Shown: one piece after another, positions 28,781 to 38,846 of the stretch
Layout: every line of letters begins with the position of its first letter
Position numbering within the stretch: the first letter of the stretch is position 1
Assembly: GCA_965207275.1 (NCBI GenBank)
Contig: CBDBMH010000001.1
Span: 970,444 to 1,034,443, forward strand
DNA from: Dehalococcoidia bacterium
Lineage (GTDB): Bacteria; Chloroflexota; Dehalococcoidia; Lucifugimonadales; UBA3495
DNA length: 64,000 nucleotides
Direction: 5' to 3'
Position numbers and translations under genes: made by a program
Notes under the pieces: model-generated
Told to the model about the DNA's origin: nothing
Database searches by the model: none
What the model saw: only the letters and a program-made list of their open reading frames with translations

Positions 28781-29779
28781 CTACCTTCCCTCCTCGGTCA
28801 ACCAGCAATGCACAAAGTCCTGGCCGCCCAGGGATGTCCGGGGCGGGTACTGTTCCCTGCACTTGTCCATGGCCTCCGGACAGCGGGGCCAGAAGGGGCA
28901 GCCTTCGGGGATGCTGCGCAGGTCGGGGGGTTGCCCTTCAATCTGGTACAACTTTTCCCGGCGAGCGCCCATCAGGGGTACCGAGTCCAGCAATGCCCGG
29001 GTGTAAGGGTGCTGGGGTTCCTTGTATATCTGCCGCACCCGCCCGCTCTCCACGATGCGGCCGGCGTACATCACGTTCACCCGGTCGCACATCTGCGCGA
29101 CGATACCCAGGTCGTGGGTAACCCAGATGACGCTGGTGCCGCTCTCCTGCTGAAGCTCCCGGATCAGGCGCAGGAACTGGGCCTGGATCGTAACGTCCAG
29201 GGACGTGGTGGGCTCGTCGGCGATGAGCAGCTCCGGCTGGGTGGTCAGGCCCATGGCGGCCACCACCCTCTGTCGCATGCCGCCGCTGAACTGGTGAGGA
29301 TACTGGACCAGTCGTTGTTCGGGACGGGGAATGCGCACCGCTCGCAGGGCATCCAGCACTCGCGCCATGGCCTGCTGGCCCCGCTCCTTCAGATGCAGGC
29401 GGACCGGCTCAGCCACCTGTTCGCCGATGGAATAAACCGGATTCAGGGAAGTTTGCGGGTCCTGCATGATGATGGCCATGCGATGCCCCCGGTAGGCCCT
29501 CATCTCATGCTCAGTAATGTCGAGGAGGTTTTCGTCCTTGAACCAGATTTCGCCTTCGACGATGCGGGCGCCGGGCTGGGGCACCAGGCGCATCAGCGAG
29601 AGGCAGGTCATGGTCTTGCCGCTGCCCGACTCGCCGACCAGGCCCACGGCCTCCCCCTGGGCAACGGTGAAGCTGACGCCGTCCACCGCCTTCAGCACGG
29701 CGTTGCGCTGGAAGAACCAGGTTTTCAGCCCCTCCACCCGCAGCAGAATGTCGTCTTCTATATTCCGGCTAAGCATCAA
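28781..29779 (-). CDS. Peptide ABC transporter ATP-binding protein (OppD/DppD type)
   Basis: GESGSGKT, FSGGMRQR, and LLIADEPTTSLD. Tightly coupled to the downstream ATPase gene. Confidence 0.9.
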   Translation of the reverse strand: MMLSRNIEDDILLRVEGLKTWFFQRNAVLKAVDGVSFTVAQGEAVGLVGESGSGKTMTCLSLMRLVPQPGARIVEGEIWFKDENLLDITEHEMRAYRGHRMAIIMQDPQTSLNPVYSIGEQVAEPVRLHLKERGQQAMARVLDALRAVRIPRPEQRLVQYPHQFSGGMRQRVVAAMGLTTQPELLIADEPTTSLDVTIQAQFLRLIRELQQESGTSVIWVTHDLGIVAQMCDRVNVMYAGRIVESGRVRQIYKEPQHPYTRALLDSVPLMGARREKLYQIEGQPPDLRSIPEGCPFWPRCPEAMDKCREQYPPRTSLGGQDFVHCWLTEEGR

Positions 29780-29830
29780 CCTTTAAACCCTGGGTGAATT
29801 CCTGACATTTTCGACCATGGGATGAATGCG

Positions 29831-29872
29831 CTCACCCCCATCCTGACCTTCCCCATTTGAGGGGGAAGGGAC
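29831..29872 (+). repeat. Family-2 repeat (ctcacccccatcctgaccttccccatttgagggggaagggac) with hairpin ccttcccc/ggggaagg
   Basis: Lies inside the operon between the permease and ATPase genes. Related copies at 51402..51442 and 54210..54239. Confidence 0.7.
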
Positions 29873-29886
29873 TATTTGGACGCTCC

Positions 29887-30780
29887 CTACAGTTGGCGGC
29901 GCCTGGGATCCAGCGTATCCCGCAGCCAGTCGCCGAACAGGTTCAGGGACAATACGGCCGCCAGGATGCACAGGCCGGGGAACAGGGTAATCCAGTAGGC
30001 GGAAGTCAGGAACTCCCGACCATCGGCCACCATCAGCCCCCAGGCCGGCTGCGGTGGCGGCACGCCGACACCCAGGAAGCTGAGGGAGGATTCCAGCAGA
30101 ATCAGGTGTCCCACTTCCAGGGTGGCCAGCACGATGATGGTGTTGAACACGTTGGGCAGGATGTGGCGCACCATGATCATCCAGGCGGGAGTCCCAATGA
30201 CTTTGGCAATGGCCACGAAGTCGCGCTCCCGAACGCTGAGGGTTTCGCCCCGTACGATGCGGGCAAACCGGGCCGCCAGGAAGGGCGACAGGATGAGAAT
30301 GACGCTCTCAAAGCTGCGGCCCACCGCAAACACGAACACCAGGGCCACCAGGATGGTTGGCATGGCGAGAATAACCTCGATGCCGCGCTGCATCACTGCA
30401 TCAACCTTGCCGCCGGCGTAGCCGGAAATGAGACCCAACGCCACGCCCACGCCGCCCCCTAAGGCTATTACGAACAGGGACAGGGAAAGGGAGACACGGG
30501 CGCCCCGGATCAGCCGGCTCAAAATGTCCCGGCCCAGCTTGTCGGTGCCCAGCAGGTTGGAGGCTGTCCCCTCTTCCTGCCATACGGGTGGGGCAAATGA
30601 GTTGCCCATGTCCACGGCCACCGGGCTGTGGGGAGCGATCCACTGCCCAAAGATGGCGAAAATCATCAGCACCAGAAGCACTGTCGTGGGTATCTTGGGG
30701 ACCCGCCGCGCCACGGTAAGGCCGGAACGGACTCGCACAGCCCAGGCGGAGGACGTTACTTGCATTGTCGTGTCTGCCAT
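29887..30780 (-). CDS. Peptide ABC transporter permease (OppC/DppC type)
   Basis: Six TM-like segments and a family-typical N-terminal region. Confidence 0.85.
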   Translation of the reverse strand: MADTTMQVTSSAWAVRVRSGLTVARRVPKIPTTVLLVLMIFAIFGQWIAPHSPVAVDMGNSFAPPVWQEEGTASNLLGTDKLGRDILSRLIRGARVSLSLSLFVIALGGGVGVALGLISGYAGGKVDAVMQRGIEVILAMPTILVALVFVFAVGRSFESVILILSPFLAARFARIVRGETLSVRERDFVAIAKVIGTPAWMIMVRHILPNVFNTIIVLATLEVGHLILLESSLSFLGVGVPPPQPAWGLMVADGREFLTSAYWITLFPGLCILAAVLSLNLFGDWLRDTLDPRRRQL

Positions 30781-30790
30781 AGGCTACCTG

Positions 30791-31711
30791 CTAATTGGTG
30801 TACTTGATGCGGGGGTCAATAACCGCGTACATGATGTCCACGAGGAGATTGATGAGGATGAAGAAACTGCCGAAGACTATGACCACGCCCTGGATGACGG
30901 GAAAGTCTCGTCGTACCACGCTCTGCACCGCCGACGTGCCGATACCGGGCCAGGCGAACACCTGCTCCACCACCACCGAGCCATTCATAAAGGCGCCCAG
31001 CACCAGGCTGCTGTAGGTGAGGACCGGCAGCAGGGCGTTTCGCAAGGCGTGCTTTCCGATAACCACGGCTTCTGGCAGGCCCTTCGCCCGGGCCATGGCC
31101 ACATAGTCGCTGTCCAGCACGTCCATCATGCTGGAACGCACCAACCGCACCATGCCGGCCATCACGCCCCAGCCCAGGGTAAAACCGGGCAGAACGTACG
31201 ACTGCCAGCCGCCCTTGCCGGCCGGAGGCAGCATCTCCCACACCACGGCAAAGAGAATTATCAGCATTATGCCCGACCAGAAGGGAGGCATGGACTGACC
31301 GAGGAAGGCCAGCACTTTGGCGATCCAGTCGATGGCGGAATCGCGGTACACCGCGCCCAGCACCCCCAGTGGTAAGGAAAACGCCAGGGCAAAGATTAAA
31401 GCCACCAGCCCCAGGGTAAAGGTGGCCGGCATCCGCTCCACCAGTATCTGGGTAACGGGAATGCCGTTGCTTACCGAATCGCCCAGGTCCAGCCTTACCA
31501 GTTGACCGAGGAACTTCAGGTATTGCTCGTGGATGGGTCGGTCCAGCCCCAGCTTGGCGGCCATTATCTCCCGGGCGTCCACCCCGGAGTTGCGGGCGGT
31601 GAAGACCTCTGCCGGGTCGCCGATGGAGCGGGACAGAATGAACACCAGGGTTGCAATGAACCACAGGCCCAGCAGGGCCTGAAATATGCGAAACCCGATG
31701 TACTTGAGCAT
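30791..31711 (-). CDS. Peptide ABC transporter permease (OppB/DppB type)
   Basis: MLKYIGFRIFQALLGLW N-terminus is typical of the family. Six TM-like segments. Confidence 0.85.
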   Translation of the reverse strand: MLKYIGFRIFQALLGLWFIATLVFILSRSIGDPAEVFTARNSGVDAREIMAAKLGLDRPIHEQYLKFLGQLVRLDLGDSVSNGIPVTQILVERMPATFTLGLVALIFALAFSLPLGVLGAVYRDSAIDWIAKVLAFLGQSMPPFWSGIMLIILFAVVWEMLPPAGKGGWQSYVLPGFTLGWGVMAGMVRLVRSSMMDVLDSDYVAMARAKGLPEAVVIGKHALRNALLPVLTYSSLVLGAFMNGSVVVEQVFAWPGIGTSAVQSVVRRDFPVIQGVVIVFGSFFILINLLVDIMYAVIDPRIKYTN

Positions 31712-31806
31712 GGAAGAGTCCTTAAACCCGAAGGCCTGCCGGCAGTTTCAGCGTAACCGGCAGACCTTCGCCGCGATTGCAGTCTGCGTCAGCGGACGGG
31801 CGCTCC

Positions 31807-33627
31807 TTACGGCCTTATGGTCCAGTGGTTGTGCGGGTAGGGTTTGCCCGTGATGGGAGTCCATGCGCCGACCTTGTCGCTGGCGCCGAACACGGCTCCC
31901 GCCTCCAGCAGGGGCCCGGCCCAGAAGTCCCGGTTCAGCAGGCGGTGGAACTCGGCCATGGCCTCGTGCTGGTCCTGGAGGTCAAAGGACGAGCCGGCCT
32001 TATCCAGCAAGGGGTCCAGAATGTCCGGCAGGCGCATCATCTGCCGACGGCCTTCGGAGTGGTAGTAAATGTGGGACCCCCGGTAGGAATGCAGGCGTGT
32101 GTCGCTGCCTCGCACCGCTATCTGGTAGGGAGGCTGGTCCTTCACGATGGCTTCTATTTCGTCGTCTGTCTTGATAGCGTTATCGAAGGTCTCGCGCAGG
32201 ACTGGGCCGTCCACAACGGAGACGAAGGTGCTGAGGCCGATGGCCTCCAGGTATCCGGCAACCGCTTCCGACAGGCCCGGCTGGTCAACGAAGTCGGCGT
32301 CGCCGGAGAAGGTCAATATCTCGATCTCCTCCCCGTCGAAGCCGGCTTCCTGGATGAGCTGGGCGGCCCGGGCCGGATCGTAGGGGTGGGGGCCGATGTC
32401 ACCGGGGTATCCGATGTTGCCTTCCACCACCCAGTAGCAGCAGGCGGGAGTGGTCTGGCCGGCGTAGAGGCCATTGCCGATGGCCTCGCGGTCGATGGCG
32501 ATGGAGATTGCTTCCCTGATGCGCTTGTCATTGAAGGGATGGCCCGGCACCCATGCGTAGTTGTACCAGATCCAGGAGATGTTGGCAGCCGGCGACTGCA
32601 GCACCTGGAGATCGGCGGACTGCAGTTCCTCCACGCTGCGAACCGAGGCGGTGATCAGGTCGGCGTTGCCGCTCTTGAGCATGGCCATGCGGGTGTTGAG
32701 CTCGGCCACGTCCCATATCTGCAAAATCTTGTAGCCGGGGTTTTTCTCGTAGTGATCCTCGAAAGCCTCCATCTGGATGTACTGGCCGGGGACGCGGTCG
32801 GCCCACTTGTAGGGGCCGGACCCGACGGGCGCCTCGCGGAAGTTGTCGATGCCGCCCACACTTTCGAAATAGGCCTGGGGGAATACTACGGAACGCGGCG
32901 GAGACGCCGAGGCGAAGAAAAGGGGCAACGTTGACCGAGGTTCCTTGGTGGAAACGCTTACCGTGTTGCCCGCCACCTCAAAACCCGAACTCAGCAGCGG
33001 ACCCACTTCCAGGGCGAACCCGCCCAGGGCGTCCTCTCCCACGGCCCGAGTCCAGGTCCAGGCAACGTCCTGCGGGGTGATGTCGTCGCCGTTGTGGAAC
33101 TTCATTCCCTCACGAATGGTGAAGGTCCAGGTCAGCTGGTCCGGCGACACCTCCCAGCCGGTGGCGAAGCCGGGCGTCAGGGTGCCGTCGGGGTTCTGGC
33201 CGATGGCGTAGTCAAACACCTCGTCGTAGTAAACCTTGGTGGCGCTGTCCTGGGAGATATTGGTGTCAACTCCCTGGAAACCCAGGTAGGAGCTAACCGA
33301 GATGATGGAACCGGCGGGGTCCACCCTGCCGGGAAGCCTGCCTGACTCCGGTATTTGCACCGGCGTCGGGGTGGCCACCACAATCCTTTCTACCTCTTTC
33401 TCCACTTCGCGAATAGTTTCAATTTCTATCGGAACTTCTTTCTCCACTTCGCGAATGAGCTCAACATCTATTGGCACTTGTTTTTCCACTTCGACTTCGC
33501 GGATGGTCTCGACTTCGACCACCCGTTCAACCTCTACCACTTCCGGCGAGGCAGAGCCACACGCCACCAGCAGCATCAGGCAGAAGAGGCTTCCCAGGAT
33601 AAGCAACAATCTACTCATATAATTCAC
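31807..33627 (-). CDS. ABC transporter substrate-binding lipoprotein (family 5, peptide/nickel type) with repeated E/V/I-rich tether
   Basis: Lipobox LLVAC and the length and pattern of an SBP_bac_5 protein. First gene of the five-gene operon. Confidence 0.85.
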   Translation of the reverse strand: MNYMSRLLLILGSLFCLMLLVACGSASPEVVEVERVVEVETIREVEVEKQVPIDVELIREVEKEVPIEIETIREVEKEVERIVVATPTPVQIPESGRLPGRVDPAGSIISVSSYLGFQGVDTNISQDSATKVYYDEVFDYAIGQNPDGTLTPGFATGWEVSPDQLTWTFTIREGMKFHNGDDITPQDVAWTWTRAVGEDALGGFALEVGPLLSSGFEVAGNTVSVSTKEPRSTLPLFFASASPPRSVVFPQAYFESVGGIDNFREAPVGSGPYKWADRVPGQYIQMEAFEDHYEKNPGYKILQIWDVAELNTRMAMLKSGNADLITASVRSVEELQSADLQVLQSPAANISWIWYNYAWVPGHPFNDKRIREAISIAIDREAIGNGLYAGQTTPACCYWVVEGNIGYPGDIGPHPYDPARAAQLIQEAGFDGEEIEILTFSGDADFVDQPGLSEAVAGYLEAIGLSTFVSVVDGPVLRETFDNAIKTDDEIEAIVKDQPPYQIAVRGSDTRLHSYRGSHIYYHSEGRRQMMRLPDILDPLLDKAGSSFDLQDQHEAMAEFHRLLNRDFWAGPLLEAGAVFGASDKVGAWTPITGKPYPHNHWTIRP

Positions 33628-34170
33628 CTTTCCGTAATTGTTAGACGTGGGCCGGATGAGGAGTCCAGTTGACGTAATGAAGGATTTATATCATTCTCGC
33701 ACTGGATGTAGCGTTTTCTTTACCGGTTAATGGGCATTTCGCTAACGCGGCAATTCTGTGCGTGAAAATATAGCGCGACTCTCCGTCGCAAAGGTGGCGG
33801 GATTATACCCACCGCAAGTGTTGGTGTCAATTTGAGCTGGCAACTGCTGCAGTTCTGAGAGGAAGGCTGTTGGTCCAGCCCCGTACGTCTGTCCGGCGCA
33901 AACCGGTATCCGGAAAGGCTAACCAAAGTCGGACGCAGTTGAAATGAGGAATGCTGTTTATCCGTCAAGGCCGGTATGACGCGTATAGCTTCGGCAAGTA
34001 GGGCCGCGTCAACCTTGGGCAGTTGCGCCCGCAGCAGGTCGGTTGACAAGGGCCCCAAAGCGGGGTGGAATATGGGGTATGAGCCAGGCCGGCGATACCC
34101 GCCCACCAGCCCCTCTCACCAGGATCAGGAAGTTAAAGGATATTCATCGCGCAGTTCAAAGGAGGCCGCA

Positions 34171-34503
34171 ATGGCAATCTACCGGTTTTATTCGGACGAA
34201 GATGGCGAGAGCCATGTTGAGGACATTATCCTGGAGGAACGCCCGGAAGTGGCCGAAATGCTTAATGTGTCCGACGTAAGCATTCGGGAGTTCGACGGGT
34301 CGAGGCACATGGACTTTCATCCCCTGCCGGAGCGGCGGCTGATCATCCACCTGTCTGGCGAAGTACAGATCGGGGCCAGTGACGGCTCCAGCCGAGTATT
34401 GCGGGCCGGGGATATCCGGTTGATGGAGGACGTGAGCGGCAAGGGCCACAAGCATGACGACCTCTCCCCGTCGTCCGCCGTCTACGTGGTGTTGACGGAC
34501 TAA
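34171..34503 (+). CDS. Small cupin-domain protein
   Basis: 110 aa. FHPLPERRLIIHLSGEVQI...LRAGDIRLMEDVSGKGH pattern. AAGGAGG RBS. Confidence 0.65.
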   Translation: MAIYRFYSDEDGESHVEDIILEERPEVAEMLNVSDVSIREFDGSRHMDFHPLPERRLIIHLSGEVQIGASDGSSRVLRAGDIRLMEDVSGKGHKHDDLSPSSAVYVVLTD

Positions 34504-34626
34504 CGGGCCCACCCTCGGGAGAGAGCCGGGGCGGATAGTGATGCGACTGGGATGCCGGCCCGAAACCCGGGCCGGCATACCTGCCGGCCAGGGGACCACA
34601 CCAACGACACATCCGGGAGGAAGGCA

Positions 34627-36210
34627 ATGAAATACAATTACATCGTCATTGGCGCAGGGTCGGCCGGCGCCATCCTGGCAACCAGGCTCTCCGAAGACCC
34701 CAACGTCTCGGTGCTGCTGCTGGAAGCGGGCCAGGACTATCCCGACATAGAGACCCTCCCGGAAGAGGTCAAGTATGGTTACATGTCCACCAAGAGCGTC
34801 TGGGACAGCGACCACAATTGGCAGTACCGGGCCCGGGCTACCGACCAGGCGGATATCGAGATACCCCGGGGGAAGGTGACCGGCGGTTCCAGCGCCATCA
34901 ACGGGCAGATCTTCATCCGCGGCATTCCCGAGGACTATGACAACTGGGCGGAGTGGGGTAACGATGAATGGAACTTCGGGAAGCTGGTGCCCTACTTCAA
35001 CAGGGTGGAGACGGATACCACCTACCAGGATGACCCCGGGGACTTTCACGGCAACAGCGGGCCCATTATTTGCCACAGGTTTCCCGAAGACCAGTGGCGC
35101 CAGGGAAACCGGGCCTGGTTTGCGGCCTGGCGGGACAATGGACATCCGTACTGTGAAGACCATAACCTGCCGGGAACCACCGGCGTGGGCCCCACCACCC
35201 TGAACAACCCCAACGGCATACGCTGGTCTACGGCAATCGGGTACCTGGGCCTGTCGCGTCACCGCCTGAATCTGACCATCAGGCCGGGCGTGACGGTCAA
35301 GCGGGTCCTCTTCGATACTACCGGGGAGCGTCCCAGGGCCACCGGCGTAGAGGCGGTTTCCGGCGAAGAGATCTTCACAGTTGGGGCCGACGAGGTCATC
35401 CTCAGCGCCGGAGCCATCGGGTCGCCGCAAATACTGATGCTATCCGGTGTGGGCCCTGCGGACCATCTGAGTGAGCACGGCATTGAGACAGTCATTAACT
35501 CGCCGGGAGTGGGCCAGAACCTGGCGGACCATCCCCTGATCAATATGCTGTGGGCCACGAAACCCGAGGTGGACCTTACGCCATTCCTGCCCAGCGCCCA
35601 GCTGCTGGTAAGGTATACGGCCGAGGGCTCGCCCCTGGAAAACGACATGATCGTCTACCTGAACGCCGCCGCGGGAATGTCACGAAACCGGGGCGGAATG
35701 CGCGGCGGGGCAGATGGCACGAGCGCGGTAGTGGGCCTGGGCGCCAGCCTGGGACTGAACCTGGCCATGTCCAAGGGCGAGATAAGACTCCGGTCCGGCG
35801 ACTACCGGGACTATCCCTATCTCAACTACAACCTGCTGGACCACGAGGAGGACCTGCGCCGGTACCGGGACGGCATCCGAATGATCGTCGACCTGGAGGA
35901 CCACCCGGAGATGGCTGCCGTCATCAAAGATCGGGTGTACCCCGAGGACTCGGACCTGGAGTCGGACGAAACTCTCAACCTGTGGATGAAGCGGTGGGTT
36001 GGCACCGGCCATCATGTGTCCTGCACTGCCAGGATGGGGCCCGGCTCCGACCCCATGGCCGTGGTAGACCAGTACGGCAAAGTGTACGGAGCGGACGGGC
36101 TTCGGGTGGTGGACGCCTCCATCATGCCCGAATGCGTCCGGGCCAACATCAATGTCACGGTCCTGATGATTGGGGAGAGGATTGCCGACTTCATCAGGCA
36201 GGGCAGGTAA
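34627..36210 (+). CDS. GMC-family FAD oxidoreductase (choline/alcohol dehydrogenase-like)
   Basis: YNYIVIGAGSAGAILATRLSEDPNVSVLLLEAG and GGSSAINGQIF. The C-terminal ...TGHHVSCTARMG region carries the catalytic His. Confidence 0.9.
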   Translation: MKYNYIVIGAGSAGAILATRLSEDPNVSVLLLEAGQDYPDIETLPEEVKYGYMSTKSVWDSDHNWQYRARATDQADIEIPRGKVTGGSSAINGQIFIRGIPEDYDNWAEWGNDEWNFGKLVPYFNRVETDTTYQDDPGDFHGNSGPIICHRFPEDQWRQGNRAWFAAWRDNGHPYCEDHNLPGTTGVGPTTLNNPNGIRWSTAIGYLGLSRHRLNLTIRPGVTVKRVLFDTTGERPRATGVEAVSGEEIFTVGADEVILSAGAIGSPQILMLSGVGPADHLSEHGIETVINSPGVGQNLADHPLINMLWATKPEVDLTPFLPSAQLLVRYTAEGSPLENDMIVYLNAAAGMSRNRGGMRGGADGTSAVVGLGASLGLNLAMSKGEIRLRSGDYRDYPYLNYNLLDHEEDLRRYRDGIRMIVDLEDHPEMAAVIKDRVYPEDSDLESDETLNLWMKRWVGTGHHVSCTARMGPGSDPMAVVDQYGKVYGADGLRVVDASIMPECVRANINVTVLMIGERIADFIRQGR

Positions 36211-36712
36211 AGATGCCGGTCCTTTTCACCAGGGGAACGGCTGGACAAGGCCGTTAAGAGACCTAACCGGGGTCATGCGGCCCGGAGATTGGTTGCCAGT
36301 TACAACTTGAACCCAAAATGCAATTGCCTCAGGCATGGACGCAGGACAATCGCGCTTTAGATGAATGGCATTGTGGGCCTTTCGGCCCGTCTCAGGGCAG
36401 CGCGGCGGCGGCATAAGGATCTGAACTTGACCCTATTAACGGACTCTCGTACACGCAACTGAGAGGATGGAGATGAGTTCAGGCCCTTCGGCCAGCTCAT
36501 GTCGACATGGCTTCAAACCATGGCGTTGAGAGATCCGAAATGCGATTCATCTGGGCGTTATTGACCTGGGAGATTTCTGAAAGAGAACTTCAGGGTATAA
36601 TGCCTACCGACGCACATCCTTCCCGTCTCTACTCACGTAACCTGGCCGCCCGGCTTCCCTAATTCACACAGGGATCCTATCTATCCAGGGAGCTTTCCAA
36701 GGAGGCGCCCAC

Positions 36713-38026
36713 ACGGCTACATCGGAACCACGCGACGCCGGTACCGCTCCTGCCCAGGGAGAACCTCCCGACCCGGAGCGCCGCCGAGGCCGGCGGAGTC
36801 CCGCCCGCTTTAACACCTTCGTCTCCCTGCGCCACCGGGACTTTCTGCTGCTGTGGCTGAGCAACCTGTGCAACGCGTCGGCGGTATGGTTCCAGCAGAT
36901 AACCATACCCTGGGTGGTCTGGGAGATTTCCGGCTCCCCCTTCCTGGTGGGGATAGCCGCCGGTATGCGCTCCATCCCTTTCCTGGTTATAGGGCCCATG
37001 GCCGGAGTGTTTGCCGACCGGGTGGACCGCCGCAAGATGGTACTGGTAACCCAGTCGATCATGGCCATGGTAGTGCTCACCTTTGCTGGCGCGGTACAGC
37101 TGGGCGTGGTGGTGGGTACCCTGGGCGTAATCTACGCCCTGCTATTCTCGTTTGTCACCGGCACCCTCCATTCACTTATCCAGCCGGTGCGCCATGCCAT
37201 GGTAGCCAACACCGTGCCCCGGGAGGACCTGTGGAACGCGGTAGCGCTCAATTCCATTGCCGGCAACGTGGCCCGGGTGGTTGGACCGGGGCTGGGGGGC
37301 GTCCTCATCGCCTGGCTGGGGCCGGCCCTTAACTTCTTCCTGGAGGGGATTCTCTACGTCCTGATGGTGCTGGTGATGATTCCCATAGCTCTGCCCTACC
37401 GGGAGGCCGTCACCGCCCGGCGGACGTCAATGCTGGCCAACCTGAAGCAGGGATTCGCCTACGTTGTCAGCGAGCAGGTAGTGCTGCGCCTGCTGCTGGT
37501 GGCGTGTATCTCCGACATCCTGCTGGCGCCGGTGATTCACCTGATGCCGGTAATCGCCACCGAGGTGCTGGGTCAGGGTTCCGAGGTATACGGATTCCTT
37601 GTGCTGGCCACGGGAGTGGGAGGAATAATTTCCACCATCGCCTTCGCTTCGCTGGGGGGCATATTTCGCCGGGGTACCGTTGGCCTGCTGGCGCTGATGC
37701 TGTTGGCCTGTTCGGCAATTCTGCTGGGCCTTTCCACCTGGGTATGGGTGTCATTGTTAGCCATGTTTGGGTTTGGGTTCTTCCGGCTGGCCTTCAAGAT
37801 CAACAACAACACCCTGGTGCAGACCACCATACCGGATGCGCTGCGGGGCCGGGTGATGTCAATTTACAACCTGGACAACGGACTCACGCCCCTGGCCAGC
37901 ATGACCCTGGGATTGGTGGCAGAGTTCTGGCCGGCAAACCTGGTAGTGGTACTGGTGGGTGTAATCTGCCTGGCCCTTACCATCTTTGCGTTCATCACTT
38001 TTTCCGATATGCGGCGAATGAGCTGA
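36713..38026 (+). CDS. MFS transporter (EntS/DUF894-like); start codon unresolved
   Basis: The conserved N-terminal segment RFNTFVSLRHRDFLLLWLSN lies upstream of the track start (GTG 36914), in the same open frame. No ATG/GTG/TTG occurs in frame between the TAA at 36659 and 36914. AAGGAGG lies 7 nt upstream of ACG 36713. Confidence 0.6.
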   Translation, partial: TATSEPRDAGTAPAQGEPPDPERRRGRRSPARFNTFVSLRHRDFLLLWLSNLCNASAVWFQQITIPWVVWEISGSPFLVGIAAGMRSIPFLVIGPMAGVFADRVDRRKMVLVTQSIMAMVVLTFAGAVQLGVVVGTLGVIYALLFSFVTGTLHSLIQPVRHAMVANTVPREDLWNAVALNSIAGNVARVVGPGLGGVLIAWLGPALNFFLEGILYVLMVLVMIPIALPYREAVTARRTSMLANLKQGFAYVVSEQVVLRLLLVACISDILLAPVIHLMPVIATEVLGQGSEVYGFLVLATGVGGIISTIAFASLGGIFRRGTVGLLALMLLACSAILLGLSTWVWVSLLAMFGFGFFRLAFKINNNTLVQTTIPDALRGRVMSIYNLDNGLTPLASMTLGLVAEFWPANLVVVLVGVICLALTIFAFITFSDMRRMS

Positions 38027-38063
38027 GGGGTGGGGTTCACTGACTCGCCGCCATACCGGCAGG

Positions 38064-38744
38064 CTACCGATTCGGCAGGCTGAAAACGTGGGCGCCTCCG
38101 GCTTCTGCCTGCCGTCGGTCTTCGTCCGGGACGTTCGCTCCGGCGACCACGGGTGTCGTGTCGGCGCCGCTGAGCCACCGCAGCGCCTCGGCTCTTTCCA
38201 GTGCCCTTTCGACATCGTGACGTTCCACGGTGATGGAAATTTCGCAGACCGCGTATGTTGGGCCCTGCCCCTCAATGATCAGGTCGGCGTTATGAATTTC
38301 GCTCAGAGCCTGTGTCGCCTTCCGGACCTGGGCCGGGTCTTGCGTTTCTGCTATACGATCCATAGCCTCTTGCAACAGGGAAGTGAACCTGGGGTTGACG
38401 TTGCCTTTCCGGCTTAGGACGGTCCGAGGCGAGCGCATACCGAGGTCTAGCATTGCCCTGGCAATCAGCTTGGGCTCCACCAGTTCTTCGTAGCTGTCAC
38501 CTGCCAGATTGCCCAAATGACCTTCCGCTTCAGTCATCCGTTCGCTGAGGCGTTCCAGGGCCGGCGACAGCCTTCTGGTGGTGGCGCTCAACTCCTTGAT
38601 CGCTTTAGACAGGGCGTCAACGTTGGCCGGAAGCTCCGAGATATCCTTCCCAACCAGGGCCAGTTTCAACCGTTCGGCCAGTTCCGGCTCCTCCGCCAGC
38701 AGGCGAATCAGGTCGTCAAAGTCGTTGATTTCGTAGTTCTGCAT
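38064..38744 (-). CDS. Hypothetical protein: N-terminal coiled-coil plus C-terminal PD-(D/E)XK-like domain
   Basis: The C-terminus ADLIIEG..YAVCEISITVERHDVERALERAEAL...PVVAG resembles, from memory, a multi-copy family in Chloroflexi and Deinococcus-Thermus. No search was done. Confidence 0.5.
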   Translation of the reverse strand: MQNYEINDFDDLIRLLAEEPELAERLKLALVGKDISELPANVDALSKAIKELSATTRRLSPALERLSERMTEAEGHLGNLAGDSYEELVEPKLIARAMLDLGMRSPRTVLSRKGNVNPRFTSLLQEAMDRIAETQDPAQVRKATQALSEIHNADLIIEGQGPTYAVCEISITVERHDVERALERAEALRWLSGADTTPVVAGANVPDEDRRQAEAGGAHVFSLPNR

Positions 38745-38846
38745 ACCGGTATTCTATTCCTTCTTTGAATCCCACGAAACCCGGGCAAGGCGAAAGCCTT
38801 TGCTGCGGTCGCTTAGGGTTATCATGTCGCGGTCTTGCATTCTCCC

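Noticed and set aside
34156-35430. 424-aa minus-strand ORF
   Set aside because: It is antisense to the cupin and GMC oxidoreductase genes, which have clear motifs and RBSs.
36548-36598. TTGACC ... TATAAT as a promoter for the MFS gene
   Set aside because: The spacing between the hexamers is about 29 nt, too long for a sigma-70 promoter. The TATAAT alone may still act as a -10, but I cannot support a full promoter call.
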